Assembly (NCBI GenBank): GCA_050084515.1
Contig: CM114271.1
Span: 13,330,001 to 13,394,000, forward strand
Direction of reading: 5' to 3'
Length of the DNA stretch: 64,000 nt
Source: Blasia pusilla
Taxonomy: Eukaryota
This document shows, piece by piece, positions 1 through 13,902 of this stretch. Positions within the stretch are counted from its first letter, which is position 1. Each line of letters starts with the position of its first letter. The notes under the pieces are model-generated. The model ran no database searches. It saw only the letters and a program-made list of their open reading frames with translations, and was not told the DNA's origin. The translations under genes were made by a program, and so were the position numbers.

Positions 1-359
1 GTAGTAATTGTGTCAAGCGTCGTTTCTCACCTCCCGTAAGCTTGGGCCCAAGTAATGGCTCCCAAGTCTCCTCCTTGGCACACTAGAGGGAGAGGCGATG
101 CCATTGGTCACACTCATAACCCCCTCACAAGATGGTACACCCTTAGCTACACCATCATCTCGAGCAAATAACTCCTCCACTAGCATGAGCAACCAACTCC
201 ACATGCCCACCATTACATCCCATCTACTCCAAGGATGCAAAATACTACTCTCCTCGCTCCCGGCCCGATGCCTCTACCGTCCGGTAGCCATCGAGCTCAT
301 TACAAGGGTGGAAGACCCACAAACATAGTCCGAAGTCGATTTGCTCGCCATACCAAGAC

Positions 360-1330
360 TCAAAATCCAAGTTAAACAATTCAGGTCCATGGCCTGACCC
401 AACACATGACGTCGTGAAGCCTCGAAATAGAAGCAACCATTTGTCACACCAAAGAGCAAATCCCATCGCACGCATTCTCTCATCAGCGTTAGGCTCCACC
501 AATGCCGCACATGAGAATCCCATACAAGCCCGGACCACCTTCCTGTAGGCATGTGACGAGGAAAACTCACAAATGTGGGTAGTGCCATCCTAGGTGGCCC
601 ACACGGTTCACCACCGCCATGGGTGACCGATCAATAACCCTCACCACTTGGGAAAGTTGCCCAAGATTCAAGATACTATCCCTTTGTAAAAGGCGAGGAT
701 CCCTGCCGACCGCATCATATGCTCGACGAGAACCTCCCTAGGCAATAAGTTTGTCCACCACAAGCGTGGGCGATGTGCACGTGAGCCAACTGGCTGCATC
801 CAACAACACCGCTGGTCCAATCCAAGAGCGCACCTCATGAACACTCGCCATCATCCGGGTCCGAGTGTCACCAACAATGGAACATTCTCGAATGTAAGCT
901 AGAGCACGTGCTCGATGAACTGAAGATGTCGTAACACCCGTAACATCTCCCAAAACAATCGAGACCTAGGTCATGTAATCCCTCACCCGACCAAAGACGT
1001 GTATGACACGACATGGCCATCCAGCAATCACCAAATCCACAGGACCAATTCTCTCAAGGTCCTGCGCCCAACAATGCAATGTGTGATGGTAAAGCACGCT
1101 GGTACCCACGAATAGCGATGGCGGAAACAACTCGGGATATCTCCGCATCAATCGACCAATATGTCGGGATGAGACTCTCTCGGGCCGTCTCATCTCGCTC
1201 CTCATACACGATATCTCCAAGACAGAATACCTGCAACACTGCTGACCAAACCAAGTGCTAATCCCACCAAAGAGATCTAACACACAAATGCCCTCCCCGG
1301 ATCTTTGCCATACAATGGGTGTAGTATCCA
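360..1330 (-). pseudogene. C5-cytosine DNA methyltransferase domain within E1 pol (frameshifted)
   Basis: Motifs occur in canonical order: I VLDLFGGI (~1260-1285), IV DLVIAGWPC (~1010-1040), VI YI.ENV (~880-900), VIII GSRAHRPRLWWTN (~750-790), IX EPNADERMRAMGF (~460-500), X RRHVLGQAMDL (~380-415). Confidence 0.9.
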
Positions 1331-1649
1331 AAGGGGATAACCTAAGCGGGCGAGGAAGTAGGAGTCCGCCGTGGGGCCTCCTCTTCCTTGTGAGGTATAA
1401 CGACCTCACACCAAGCCTCTGCACTAGGCAATCGGCCTCTGCCGTAGTGCACCGCCTGAACTCCAAAGTGGCACATCCAACGATGAGGATGCCTTTGCTG
1501 CAAAAATAGGGACCTCCTCTTCCTCCTCATGCGCAGGAGAATCCATAGAAACATTACCCTCCAAAAGTCTCTGGCCAAGTGACTACTCCACTAAAACCGA
1601 CCCACAGATGCTAACACTTTGTTGGGAAGACCCTCCTAGTCAAGCCCGA

Positions 1650-4100
1650 GAAATAAATCTCACAGAACTTGGCTCATACGTCCATCCCGGATCGCCAACC
1701 TGGTCTATAAGACGCTGTCTCGACCCAGTAATCCATCTGAAAACCCATCGGGTACAATCATCGCTCCTCCAACTAGTACATCATACGACTCGGTGATGTG
1801 ACTACCATGCAGAATACTCCCAACCGGGAGCTATCGGTCGCATGATCTGGTCTCAACTGTCAGAAAACTTCTCCCGTGTCATGAATTGAGACCTATCATT
1901 TGCTCCTCCAAGTGATGTTTGAATCTGGAATGGGCAAGGCTCAAGCTCGACCTCCGAATACCCAAACCAATACATGCCGCCTTTCCCAACATCAAAGGTG
2001 GGCACCGAGTCTAACAAGACTCTATCTGGTCTATACACTGTCTGAGGACTCACCAATCGGAAGATCCCACTCCGGTTGTCCAACATACATACACCAGGTG
2101 TAAGCCTCTCACGATCAATGGTGGCCGGGCCGAAATGCATCCATCTTCGCCATTTCGCCGCTAAAGTAGCACTGGTACTCAATGCTACTCCTGACATAGA
2201 GGGTCGCTCCACCGCAACACCCTCATCCACCTCAGCACGTGTAGCAGTAACACCCCCACGTTCACACAACGTGGCCGCTAATTGAAATACAGGAGCTAAG
2301 TCAACTCCTAAAGCCATCAGCTCGTGGCCGAAAACAATGGGGATCCCAACACTGAAGTTGCCATCCGCAATACTGCATTGGATGTTGCATCCGTGTCTAC
2401 TACACGCGATGTAGATGCCTCATTCCCCACTGTCGGCTCAATAGGCTGCGTAGGAACCATGGATGGAGTCCTAAGCACCTCAGACAACAAGAATGACTGG
2501 GGAAGCCTAGCCTGCCTCCCAGCCTCACCCCTCTGTGGGTCCAACTCCACAGTAGCACCACGTGGCTCTGACGCTCGAGTGGCTCCTCTCGAAACTGCAG
2601 CTGATGCCTCAACTTTGTCTTTGCACTCGCCATATAAGAGAGATCATCCCTCCATAAGAGGTGGAAGCCCCTGCTCCCGAACTGATCTATCTTTGGATAC
2701 CGACCATAGTAGCCAACTCTGCTCCAATGCTCAATCTGGGCGACCATAGCGACTCTGTCAGAGTGGTAGGGGTAGCCACCGTAGGCTCTCCAACCACCTG
2801 GTCCACCTCTACCACCCCTACCACCTCTACCACCTCGGCCTCTTGAGCTACTTCACCACGGCCACGGCCTGATCTCAACTCGGATGGAGATCAAAGCAAC
2901 GCTCTCGAGGATGACCTAGTCTCCATAATGATCACACTGAGTTGGGACCGATCGAGGCCCATCCTCCAAAGTCCGTCTCCCATCCTCTTGGGGACAAAAC
3001 TTCCTAACATGATCACCTCCACATGTCCAACATGATCGATCCTTCTTTGCGGGGCAGCAAATGAAGGCAATGGTCTTGCACAAATGTCCCTCTAGGACTT
3101 GACGAGGTCGCGTGTACCCCACGACTCCCACTACTACTACCACCACCACCACTACTACGATCTTTGTGAGGTGGGCGGTGAACACGGTGAAGTAGTAGTT
3201 GTATCCCCCTCTTGAATGCGGATGTCACCACTCTCTCCTTCACCATGTTAAGCTCAATCTTCTCGAGATAGAGCAAACACATGGGTCAATGTGGGTGAAT
3301 CATCACTCATAAGAGTAGCATCACGCACCCTACTGGCGCAAATCTCGTCCAAGATCCCATACCTAAAAGCGGACTGCGCCGATCCTCAATCACACCCTGG
3401 TAATGAAATCAGCGCCGATACGCGTGTATGCCTCACGAAGACTCTCACCAGTCTTTCGCTCAAAGTCTGAAGATTCCTCAACTTCTCCGTCTTCACTCCT
3501 TAATAGTTCTTCTTCAACCTCTTGAAGAACTCGCAACAAGGGCTAAACGATGGTGGGGCACTAGTACCTCCACTAGTACCCCCACTAGTACCTCCACGGT
3601 ACCCCCACTCCGGCTCGACTCGTACCACTCAGCGTCGGCCGGGGTGGCATAGTAGGAGCACTACTACCAATACCACCATGGGTGATAGACACATAGCCTG
3701 GAGACCAATATTGTCTCCATGCCTCAATCTCAACAACATGGTCCTTCCTAAACTCATGGTAATCATCCATGGGTGGTCCTTCCAAGTCTTTGAAACAACC
3801 CCTTCCAAGCCAAGAAGGGTGTAAACAACGTGCGTTCGCAACATCTGCATATCACACCACGTATCAAACTCCTGCATGAAGTCCTCCAACTCAATGGTAC
3901 CCACTTTGCACCGAGTATCGTCGTGGGCCCTTCATGGCCCCATATCCACCGTCCATGTCCCAAATCAATGGAGCGCAACACTCGATAACAACGTAGAAGA
4001 CTCGGTGTTTGGAACACCTCGTCCTCCTCTTCATCAACCGTCGGAAGTGGAAAAGGTAGCCGATACCTAAATCCACTCCGTGTGAAACCACCATTGTCCC
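1650..4100 (-). pseudogene. E1 gag (capsid-like region plus CCHC knuckles) and aspartic protease, degenerate
   Basis: Peptides ELEDFMQEFDTWCD, EGPPMDDYHEF, CWTCGGDH and CPFQIQTSLGG align with E3 peptides (ELHDFIVGIRSWCD, EGAPMDDYHEF, CPFRIQTSLGG). Confidence 0.8.
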
Positions 4101-5676
4101 GCACCACGGTCCCCAACCAGACCACCCGACTGACTCCGTGATGACCAACGCCGATGCCGCACCACCACCAAATTACCAAGTGACGTCGATGTCGCTATAC
4201 TATTCTAACTCTACTAGCTATGGGTGTAGGCAACCTAACTTGTCATCACCACAAGAAGTCTCCCACAATCTACTCGTCATCCCTCCGGCCTCACTACCGG
4301 TAGCACATGGGAGTAACACTACTCGGGAAATCAGCGTCAACCCTAACAATGGCGCGCAAGCAAGAAGCACGATGGAGGGGATCCAAACACAGGAAATCCA
4401 ACAACAACCCTCCAATCGCAAATGGAAATCAAGGTAACACAATCCACCAAACTTGGTGCCCTCGAATCCACAAAACCCACCACACAATTCTAACGCAATA
4501 GCTACTCCGCCGAATGGTCGATGACGTGCTAGTTTAACGCGCAAAGACTGAAAAATATCACTGTATGGAGAGGCTACACCGTACTATGCGCTAGAGGTAC
4601 ATCAACCAGAAACCTGAGATGCATAAAGCGCCTAACACATCTCCGAACAAAGACCAAATGAGCTGTGATGCAGACACTTTGGCATAGTTAAGAACTCGGC
4701 GATTAAGCGTCCTCCAGGCAGAATAGCCCAAAGATGGGTGACCAGTTATGCAAAACTCAAATCCCAAATCCTGCAAAAATTGCCTCACGCCCAAGCAAGC
4801 AAGCTTGCTTGCTTGCTCCTTGCTCCTTACTCCGCCTCTCACGCCCACTCGCCCCGAGCTACCACGAGTTGCCTCGAAGCCTCGAAGCCTCGAAGCCTCG
4901 AAACGCCGAGAAATGCTCGAGACATGCCCCTATCGCCCCGTTCGCCATGGAGAGAGGTCCAACCAGGGCGCCCCCAACGGGATAGGCGTCTCCAAAAATG
5001 AACGAGTCACCAACCAACCAGCCCCTCCGATCCGATGTCCACCATAGCCAGACCTTGAGCTAGTCCGCGAAATTTCGATCAGAAATTACTTCACAAATGT
5101 GTGACCGAAATCAAATCTGTTTCGATCAGAATTTAATTGACCACCATAGCTATCTCCCCACAAAAACTCAGCTACAACCGAGCTCCGTACTCCGAGCTAA
5201 AAATCAGACAAACTTGCTGTCCATACACCTCTAGAACCGCAAAACCGACAAGCGCTCCGCCAAGTTTCATGCACGAGAAAATCCATAACGCTCCACGCAC
5301 TCGAGCAGATAGCTTCACATGAGATCACAATACAAGTAGCAATAGGAACCTCTCACCCGATCTGGATGAACTTCAACAGAGCTTCCGACTCCAAGCTCTC
5401 CACATCGTAAAACCGTCGAACACGACGAATCTTCAATGCTTGATAACTTCCAACTCCTTGACAAAATCCGGCGATCTACTGTAGCGTTGGAAAGCTCTCA
5501 GCAAGGCGCTTCTTTTCCAACCAACACAAGACCAGATTCACACCTCCAACATAGGCCACAAGCCACGAACATCCACGGCCGAGTACACATCGCCCTAACA
5601 GATCCTCTTGATCTACAATCGAAGCTACCATCGATCTCACGTCGGTTCTTTGAGTGAAATCCGTGAAAGACCTCTT

Positions 5677-6000
5677 TGTCATAAAACACGTTTACAATCA
5701 CATACAATCGAGCCAAACCCACTCCACGATGGGAGAATCTAGGTCGAAGCTTATGGAAACACCATAGCCAAGAGCTCTACTCACTACCAAGGCTAACTCC
5801 CAACGCAAAGGCTCAACTCAAAGAATGATCGTTCTTTGAGGGCAAGCCACCTTATATCCTCCAACCTAAGAGCGGGCCCCTCTTTGGGAAAGTCACCCCA
5901 AGTGAGTAACCCCAACCCTATGTATGGAACCGCATCTCTACCAAGCCACTACGGTCCTACATAAGGAATGGCCTCTACCAGCACACCATACTCTACGACA
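5677..6000 (-). repeat. Putative 5' terminal repeat/LTR of E1 (family III)
   Basis: Bounded by imperfect inverted ends TGTCATA...TACGACA. The minus strand has a TATA-like GATATAAGG and the GAGTGGGTTTGG motif shared with family II repeats. The partner repeat is outside the window. Confidence 0.55.
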
Positions 6001-6018
6001 TAATCCGTATGGTCATGA

Positions 6019-6150
6019 CATGGTTCTACTCGTGGTGCAACCACTATGCTAGTCTATGATGGGTGTTCGAGAGGGTGGCATATGGCATGTCTGACGCCAT
6101 CTCTCACTAGGATTCCTCAGGGACGATGGATGTGCCCCAAATGTACATAA
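6019..6150 (+). pseudogene. PHD zinc-finger remnant at the 3' end of a retroelement ORF
   Basis: Translates as HGSTRGATTMLV(Y)DGCSRGWHMACLTPSLTRIPQGRWMCPKCT*, the C-terminal part of the C4HC3 PHD consensus. One Cys appears mutated (TGT>TAT). It lies just upstream of the family II 3' terminal repeats. Confidence 0.85.
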
Positions 6151-6340
6151 AGTAGGTACTAAGTTGTTCTAGATTCTGACTTGTGTCTATGACATGGATG
6201 ACGAAAAGGCGACTAACGATGGGGCCATATGAGCACCCCGCTTTTTTGCTCTTAGCGTCCAAGAGATGTATGTCATGGTAGGTAGGGATAGATGGTCATC
6301 TGGAGTTAGAGGGACTTGACCACCAACTAGGGGGATGGTA

Positions 6341-7141
<801 letters not shown>

Positions 7142-7714
7142 TTACCCCATTTACTTGTCACTTTGGAATGTAACAAGTGAATGGGATAGACGAGAGCATG
7201 TAGGATTGGGAGTTCAAATGAGAGGGTATAAGTATGAGAAATCAAACAAGAAGAGTGCAGAAGAATATCAAGTGAAAATTTTAATGAGAAGGGGAGAGTG
7301 CGCAAACACAAGAGCGCGAAATAACAAGAGTGACTACTAGGCTAAGCATATTTGAGGAAAGAGTGAAGAGACAAAAATGCAAAGGAAGGATAGTGCATAG
7401 AAATAAGAGTGTACCAATTTGTAGCAATCCATAGATTCCTTATCATTCCTCATAGGAGGGCCATGAATCCAAGATGGAATGGAAAGGAAAGGAAAGGAAA
7501 GGAAAGGAAAGGTTGTTAAGAGTCATCAAGAATGATACATCATGGCGTATATGATGAGCGTCAAATCTTAAGAATTTAAAAGCATAGTCATATAAGAGAA
7601 AATGCATATTCACAATGAGAATAGATAAAGAGGAGAGAGAGGAAGAAAACTCAAACTCACACAAGAGAACGATAGAAGGAATAACACAGAAGAGTCATCA
7701 TAGTGCACTTAGTC

Positions 7715-7900
7715 ACATGAGTCGGAGCTATCCTCACACAAAAATATAGGAACCATAATATGAGATGGAGAGACAGATATACAAGCCAGAGTTATCCTCA
7801 CATCAAAATGTAGGCTGATATCATCACACGATTTGGAGAGATACACGAGCCAACGTTATCCTGACATGAAAATGGAGGCACTATCTCACAAGTTGGAGAG
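7715..7900. repeat. Three degenerate ~65-70 bp tandem repeats
   Basis: The core GAGC/TTATCCTCACAnnAAAAT.TAGG recurs at ~7725, ~7790 and ~7855. Confidence 0.6.
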
Positions 7901-10900
7901 ACAAATGAGGAGAAATCTACCATGTCTGCTCAAATCTAAGGCTTCTCAAAATGCCATGTAGTTTGCTTGGAACACCCGGATAACCTCTCCAATGCAAGAG
8001 AAAAAACGAGAGATGGAGCCTCAAGAAGGCATATTTTTTTCTTCAACCCCACTTGTAAGGGCCGTAATATATTAATTCTATTAGTAATTTCGATAATTGA
8101 TTCACATTATTTATAGTTTCATCATAAATATTTAATTTTAAGGGTAATGATATCAATGGGGAAAATTATTACCTTGGAGCAAACTGTCTGCAAATAGAAA
8201 TTGGATTTGAATGGAAACATAATTGTGCTACTCGAGAAAGCCCCTACTCTCCACGTCGACTTTTAGATTGACGTCCAACCCAAAGAGAATTAAATAGGCC
8301 AAAAATTAAGAAGAGGGAATACTGAGCAGACACACTTATGAAAGGGGTAGATAATAGGAGATAAATTGCTAAAACGGAGTGGAATAAATCCATTATTAAG
8401 AGGCTCACATCTCCATTCATATCTACCATTGAGAAGTTATCACATAATAACTTGCATTGTGGAGCCTTGGCACTACCAATCCACCTAGCACCCATATGCT
8501 ACTAGAAGCACACTTAATAGCAGGAGAGAACATGTCCTAGTAGTAGCCGTAACTATTGATTCTTCATTTGGAAGAAAAAAGTGAAGGAAAATCCTATGTT
8601 TCCCAACAGGAACTTTTGGAAACACCTCCACTAGTAGCATGGTACGTTCATGACGCTCTACTTCGTGTGTTCCAAACACTGTATTTTAGTTTGTTTTTAA
8701 ATTTTCGTAAAGGTTTCTTACTGTCCATGACATCTGCACCTTGTTTATTTAGGGTACTCACCTTCTTCTCCACGACGCCCTTCAACAAGAGAGCAGACAG
8801 TTTCTCAACCGTCAATCTCGAGCTCTTCGATCCAAGTCCTCGACGGACGAATGCAGCCACATTTCTCTCCGCCCATCAACTTTGCATGACTCGCCACCCG
8901 AGAAGCCTGGAGTGGCCGACCACGACAACAGAGCAGTGCCACGCGCTGCACAATCGGCGCACTGCGTGGAGAGTTTTGGAAGATCGAGACTATGGTGTTC
9001 TGAAATCGAACGAAAGAGCCTACTCGTGAGTGCGCACTCTATTTGTCTTTTGCGTTGTTGCGGCTTCGAGTGAGGAAGAGCCCCTCGGCCTCGCTTGGCC
9101 CTAGTGAGAGGGCTCGCTCGCTCGTCGTTGTTGAGGTTTGAACTTCTGGGGTTGTACGCTCATGCGCCAGCCATGATGCGGTAATCTGCCGTGTGGCCGG
9201 ATCTGTGGTTTCGTGTCTCCACGTGAGGTGAGCCCCACGAGGGTCGTATAACGTTGTTTCTCTCGAGTCTCTACTCGTCCAGGCGTTTCTTATGACCGTG
9301 GACTTATAAGACAGTTACTTTATTGTGTCATGGACGGACAAAAGGTGAGGGCACATGCAAACTCTCAACTATGAAATAGATCTCAATTGGTTGCCATGGG
9401 TAATCTAAGCTATCCATCTTTAACCTATGGGTAGTAACACAAGCCTTCACTCTTACAAGCGCATATCAAGATATATCAATTAATTCAAGACCACATGTCT
9501 GTTCTTTTAGGGGGATAGTCCATGACATATGACACTGTTGGTAATAAGGGTTTAAAGGGGAGAATGCAAGCTTCGAGAACACTAAGTTACGTCTCTTCCA
9601 ACCAAGCAAGTTTAAATAAATTAATAATTTAGCGGCAAACCCTACATGCAAAATAGTGACAAACGTGGTATTATTTTGTCCTTCAAATTCTGCAAAATAA
9701 TGAGATGATTGAGAGCGGAAAATTAATGGAAGGGAGGAGTGAGATGCGGAAGAACCTTCAATAATGGAGATCATAACATAATTCAATAATGGTGATTGTA
9801 ATATGATAGAAAGAAGAATTTTAAAAAATCTGCTTTCTTTCATACCATGAAAAGAAAAGAAAAAAACTCGGGCATGTCAAGTAATATATATTCACGAAGT
9901 CCACGGAGAGACAAAGAATACAAAGAGATGGGGTGTTTAGTACTCCCTTAAAACACCGTAATATTATGCTATGAATTATTGTAACTCAAAGTTTCAATTG
10001 TGGTAGGGTTTATTTAGTAACATTAATGGGGAAATTCAAAGTATCATAGAAACAGGCCTTCCTTGATTTATGAAAAGAAAGTGTTTTAAGTAGGTTTACA
10101 TCTTGCAAATTTTCATATTCGATTGGAGCTAAAAACAAATGATGACCAAAAAAAAATCTTACCATGACCAACATAATGAAAAACTATCTCAATTGTTTCC
10201 ATGACATTGTTCAATGAAGAAGAAAAGGTCCTAGAAATAGGGTTCTTAACGCAATTCTAGGACCCCATGGCCAACCCTTTGAGGATCCTTAATTAATAGG
10301 ATGACTCAAGGAAATCCAATTGCATGCACCTTCAGGGACCACCAAAGGATCACAAGGTGGCCCTTCAAGTACCCCTAACATAGATCTCCAAATATCCTCT
10401 TGGGAAACATTTATGGTAAGAGAATCGACCATCTTAAGCACAAAAAATATTGTTGATAATTGTCAAAAACAAATATTTATGATATTTTAAAATTAAGAAA
10501 TAATAAAATAGAATGGATTTCTCTTTCTCCATGCCATGACATTTTTCCCTCAGCATCAAGTGGATACCTTAAAAAGCACCAATTTAGTTTACCATGACTA
10601 TGCAAAAGCTTAAGTTGTAATGATGGGCTGCTCAATTCTTCAAGTAGTCTCAAACTCTTTCAGAATTTTAAAATGTCCTCTCTCTTAAGAATCCATTCAC
10701 TATAACCCTTGAGAACGCATGGTATTCAAAATGATATTGAATCCACAATAAAAATAATTTTATAAACAACTTATTGTATTTGTACATCTATTTTACATTT
10801 TTAAATTTTATGGAGGGACTTTAATGAAAGTAAATGATACCTAGAGATATACCGGATTCTTATATATGTCATATGTATGCAATACTCTTATTGCAAAAAT

Positions 10901-13900
10901 TTATCTAGATAGCTTCATATGAATTTATCATGCTTGTGGATATGAGATGGGATTTGAATGGTCTTCTAGCTTGAGGAAAATTTTCAATTCTGATTAGCTT
11001 ATGGTTTTAAAGGGCACACTTTCTTCAAGAACACTAAGTTCAAAAAAAAAATTTATTGCAGAAACGTTGATTTTCTCTTATAAATTTGAGTCTCATTATT
11101 TTTAATCTAAACTCAGAAAAATATAACCCATTTGAATCATGAATCAGGCATATTTGGGAAATAACTTTTTTATGGCCTGAGCCCATATTATATGCCCTCT
11201 TTTTATATTAAGGGCCCACATTCATCCATATGAAATGTAGTTGAACATACTCGATTTCTCCTTTATCCACCTACAATCAAAGTCTACATGGATCCACAAA
11301 TGAACCATTCTTTGGGATCCATCATATTTTTTTTCTACATACTACTTTTAAGAAAGGAGAGGAAAATTTTGAAGGCGGAAAGCAATCAATTTATTGAATT
11401 TTTTGTAAGACTTGTATTTCAAACACAAAGTGATTGATTAAAGCACCTTCTGTTTAATATCCATTAAACCAATGATTTTTCCTCTTTGATTTTCTTGAAA
11501 TAGATCAATCACATGACCCTAATACAAGAGAGCAAGTTGATTCAATACTTTCCAAATTTTCAATAGGGAAAGTTTAAAGTTAGAGGTTGATTTACTCTCA
11601 TGTGTGAAATCGAGTCATTCAATCATTATCCCGATACATGTTGAAGAGTGGAAGTAATAGATTGCATCACTCTATTGTGTAAGAGTAAATTACATAAGAT
11701 TTTTCCCTCTTTAGATCGATAGAAAATGTTCAATTGATTTACTCACAAACAAGGTAAATCAACTAATTACTTCAATGTCTTGGGAAACTAGAAAGTGATA
11801 GATAGAAAAACTCAAATATATGAGAGTTAGGTGACTGCTCAACATAGGATATTTAGTTGATTGATGAATTTAAAACTTTCCAAGAGGAAGACTAGTAGTT
11901 TGACTCAAGGTTTGATTGGCTCTTACATTTTAAACAACACATTAGATAACTTCCAACCTACTTTGGACTCTATACTTTCTTGGGGCTGCAAGTGAACCAA
12001 TCACCTTAACTATGAATAATTCTACGACATTGGTCTTGATTGGTTTGGTTTCCTTTTAGCTAAGAACATGAGATTAGACCAATTACGTAATCAATCAAAA
12101 CTAGAAGGTTTTCTTGTAACGGAGTCTAATGTGAAATAAGGTTTTTCTCCAAAAATAGACTAAGTGAAAATAGTAAAATTTTCCAAAAAGTAACCACCTA
12201 AAAACTGAGCCATACAATTAAGATCAATTTTGCACTAGCCAATTTCTTTTATGAAGAAGGGAATTGGTCTACTAACTCTCTTATAAGGAGAATGAGTTAA
12301 TTGATCACTTTCCAGATTTCAAAGAGAAACAATGATCGATTGACTCATCACTTCTTCCTTTGAGAATTGAGACGACCAATCTCTTTCTATATCTTAAAGG
12401 GAAAATTCGAATAGATGACTCATTGACTTGAAAATCTAATTCTAATTAATAAGATGATACTTTACTTTCTCTTTTGCATGAAATCACCATTATCTTTATT
12501 ATTATTGGCAAGTGCATATTTATCCTTTAGCTAGAAAAATTGTAAATATTTTATTTTTATGATCACCATGATTTTACAGGTTAGTAATTAGGAAGGGATT
12601 TAAATAGGAAGAAGGTAGGTCTCACTTTTTTAAGGAAAAGTTTGAATTTTAGTAAGGTAAAAGGGGGAGGAAGTTTTTTCCCAAAATAAGTTAGTGGGAG
12701 GGATTGAAGGAGGAAGGGGGGATTTCTTTCAATTACAAAAAGATTTACGCATTAGCTACCAAGAATGGGATTAAGGGGGGAATGGGGGTTTTCTTTCCCC
12801 CCCATGAAAAGACAAAGGGAGTAAGGTTTTCTTAATAGGCGGAATTTTTATTTCCTAATTGAAAAGGAAAAGGAAAAAATGAGGTGGGGAGGAGCAAAGT
12901 TTAAAATAAAAAGGAAGAGTGGAGAAGGATAGTAACATGGAGAGGAATTTTTTCAGTATTAATCTTTATTATGGCCCAGATAAACATGTTCAAAGAGTGT
13001 AATATATAGTTATAACCTTAAAAAAAGGCCTCAAGATTACAATGATTGTAAGAACTTATAGTTGAAAGGAAATTACGGACAAGAAATTGGAGTTTTTCTT
13101 GCACTTGAATTTAATTTTTCACAACAAAATGTTCTTCAAATGATCAATTGCTGAGATTTTCCTTTCTACACTTTAGAAGGCATTTTTTTTTCTTATTATT
13201 TTCAAGTAGTCAAGTTGAACTCAAATTTGGAATCTAAACTAACAAGTTTTGCATTAAGAATTTGATCAATTTTTTGCAAAACCTTCAATGACTTTGAGTT
13301 CACTTTAGGCACTACAATTAAAAAAAAAAACTTTTTTCTAGTTGTACTCGCTCAACTTGTAGTTATTATTTTTTTCTAATTTAGTGCCTAGATATGCTTA
13401 CTATGAGATTGTGATTAATCTTGTTTAATTTTTAATGTTGAAAAAATTAATTGATATTTATTAAAATTTTATGGATTTTATACTATTGGATCCAATAATT
13501 TGAAGTTTGTTTTGGTTTCTCCACATTAGAAAACTTGTTCCAAAACTTTGATTGAGTTGTAATTTCAAGATTTAATTTAATTTTTTGGTACTTTGTAAGA
13601 GATCTTTTTGCATTTTTTAAAGTGGAATACGAGAAGTATGAAGATGGAAACTTGGAAAGTAATGAATCCTTGTTTTTCTATGAACTTCTCTAATGCTCTT
13701 TCTTGGAATGAAAGTTTATCAAATTCTTATTGGATGCAAAAATAAAAAGATATCAAATCAAAATTGAATATATTATAATGTTTCAAATTTTTGGTAATTT
13801 GTATTAAAAAAATTTTATGAGCTAAAATCTTCCTATTTCAAGTTCAGATGTAGAAGAAAAGGTGAGCCATTTGCATGCTCAATGACTTAATTCCCATTAT

Positions 13901-13902
13901 TA

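Larger units (their letters stand above)
1..6000 (-). mobile_element. E1: decayed Ty3/Gypsy-like retrotransposon (terminal repeat, long leader, gag, protease, C5-DNA methyltransferase, start of RT region); continues beyond the left window edge
   Basis: Minus-strand translation across frameshifts and stops gives a gag zinc knuckle (CWTCGGDHVRKFC, ~2995-3035), protease RVLLDS (~2000-2020) and DNMT motifs (~380-1290). Bases 1-70 give ETWEPLLGPKLTGGEKRRLTQLL, typical of the segment just before Gypsy RT. The 5' end is TGTCGTAG at 6000. Confidence 0.88.

Noticed and set aside
360-1330. DNMT as a bacterial restriction-modification gene or a host DRM/CMT gene
   Set aside because: It is intronless, embedded in gag-pol, multi-copy, and degenerated together with the TE.
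8244-9300. Cluster of 60-157 aa ORFs in a GC-rich patch
   Set aside because: No recognisable domain or consistent exon structure could be built.
10000-13900. AT-rich region with recurring ATTGATT/AATCAAT motifs
   Set aside because: Probably ancient TE debris; I could not define termini, periodicity or ORFs.
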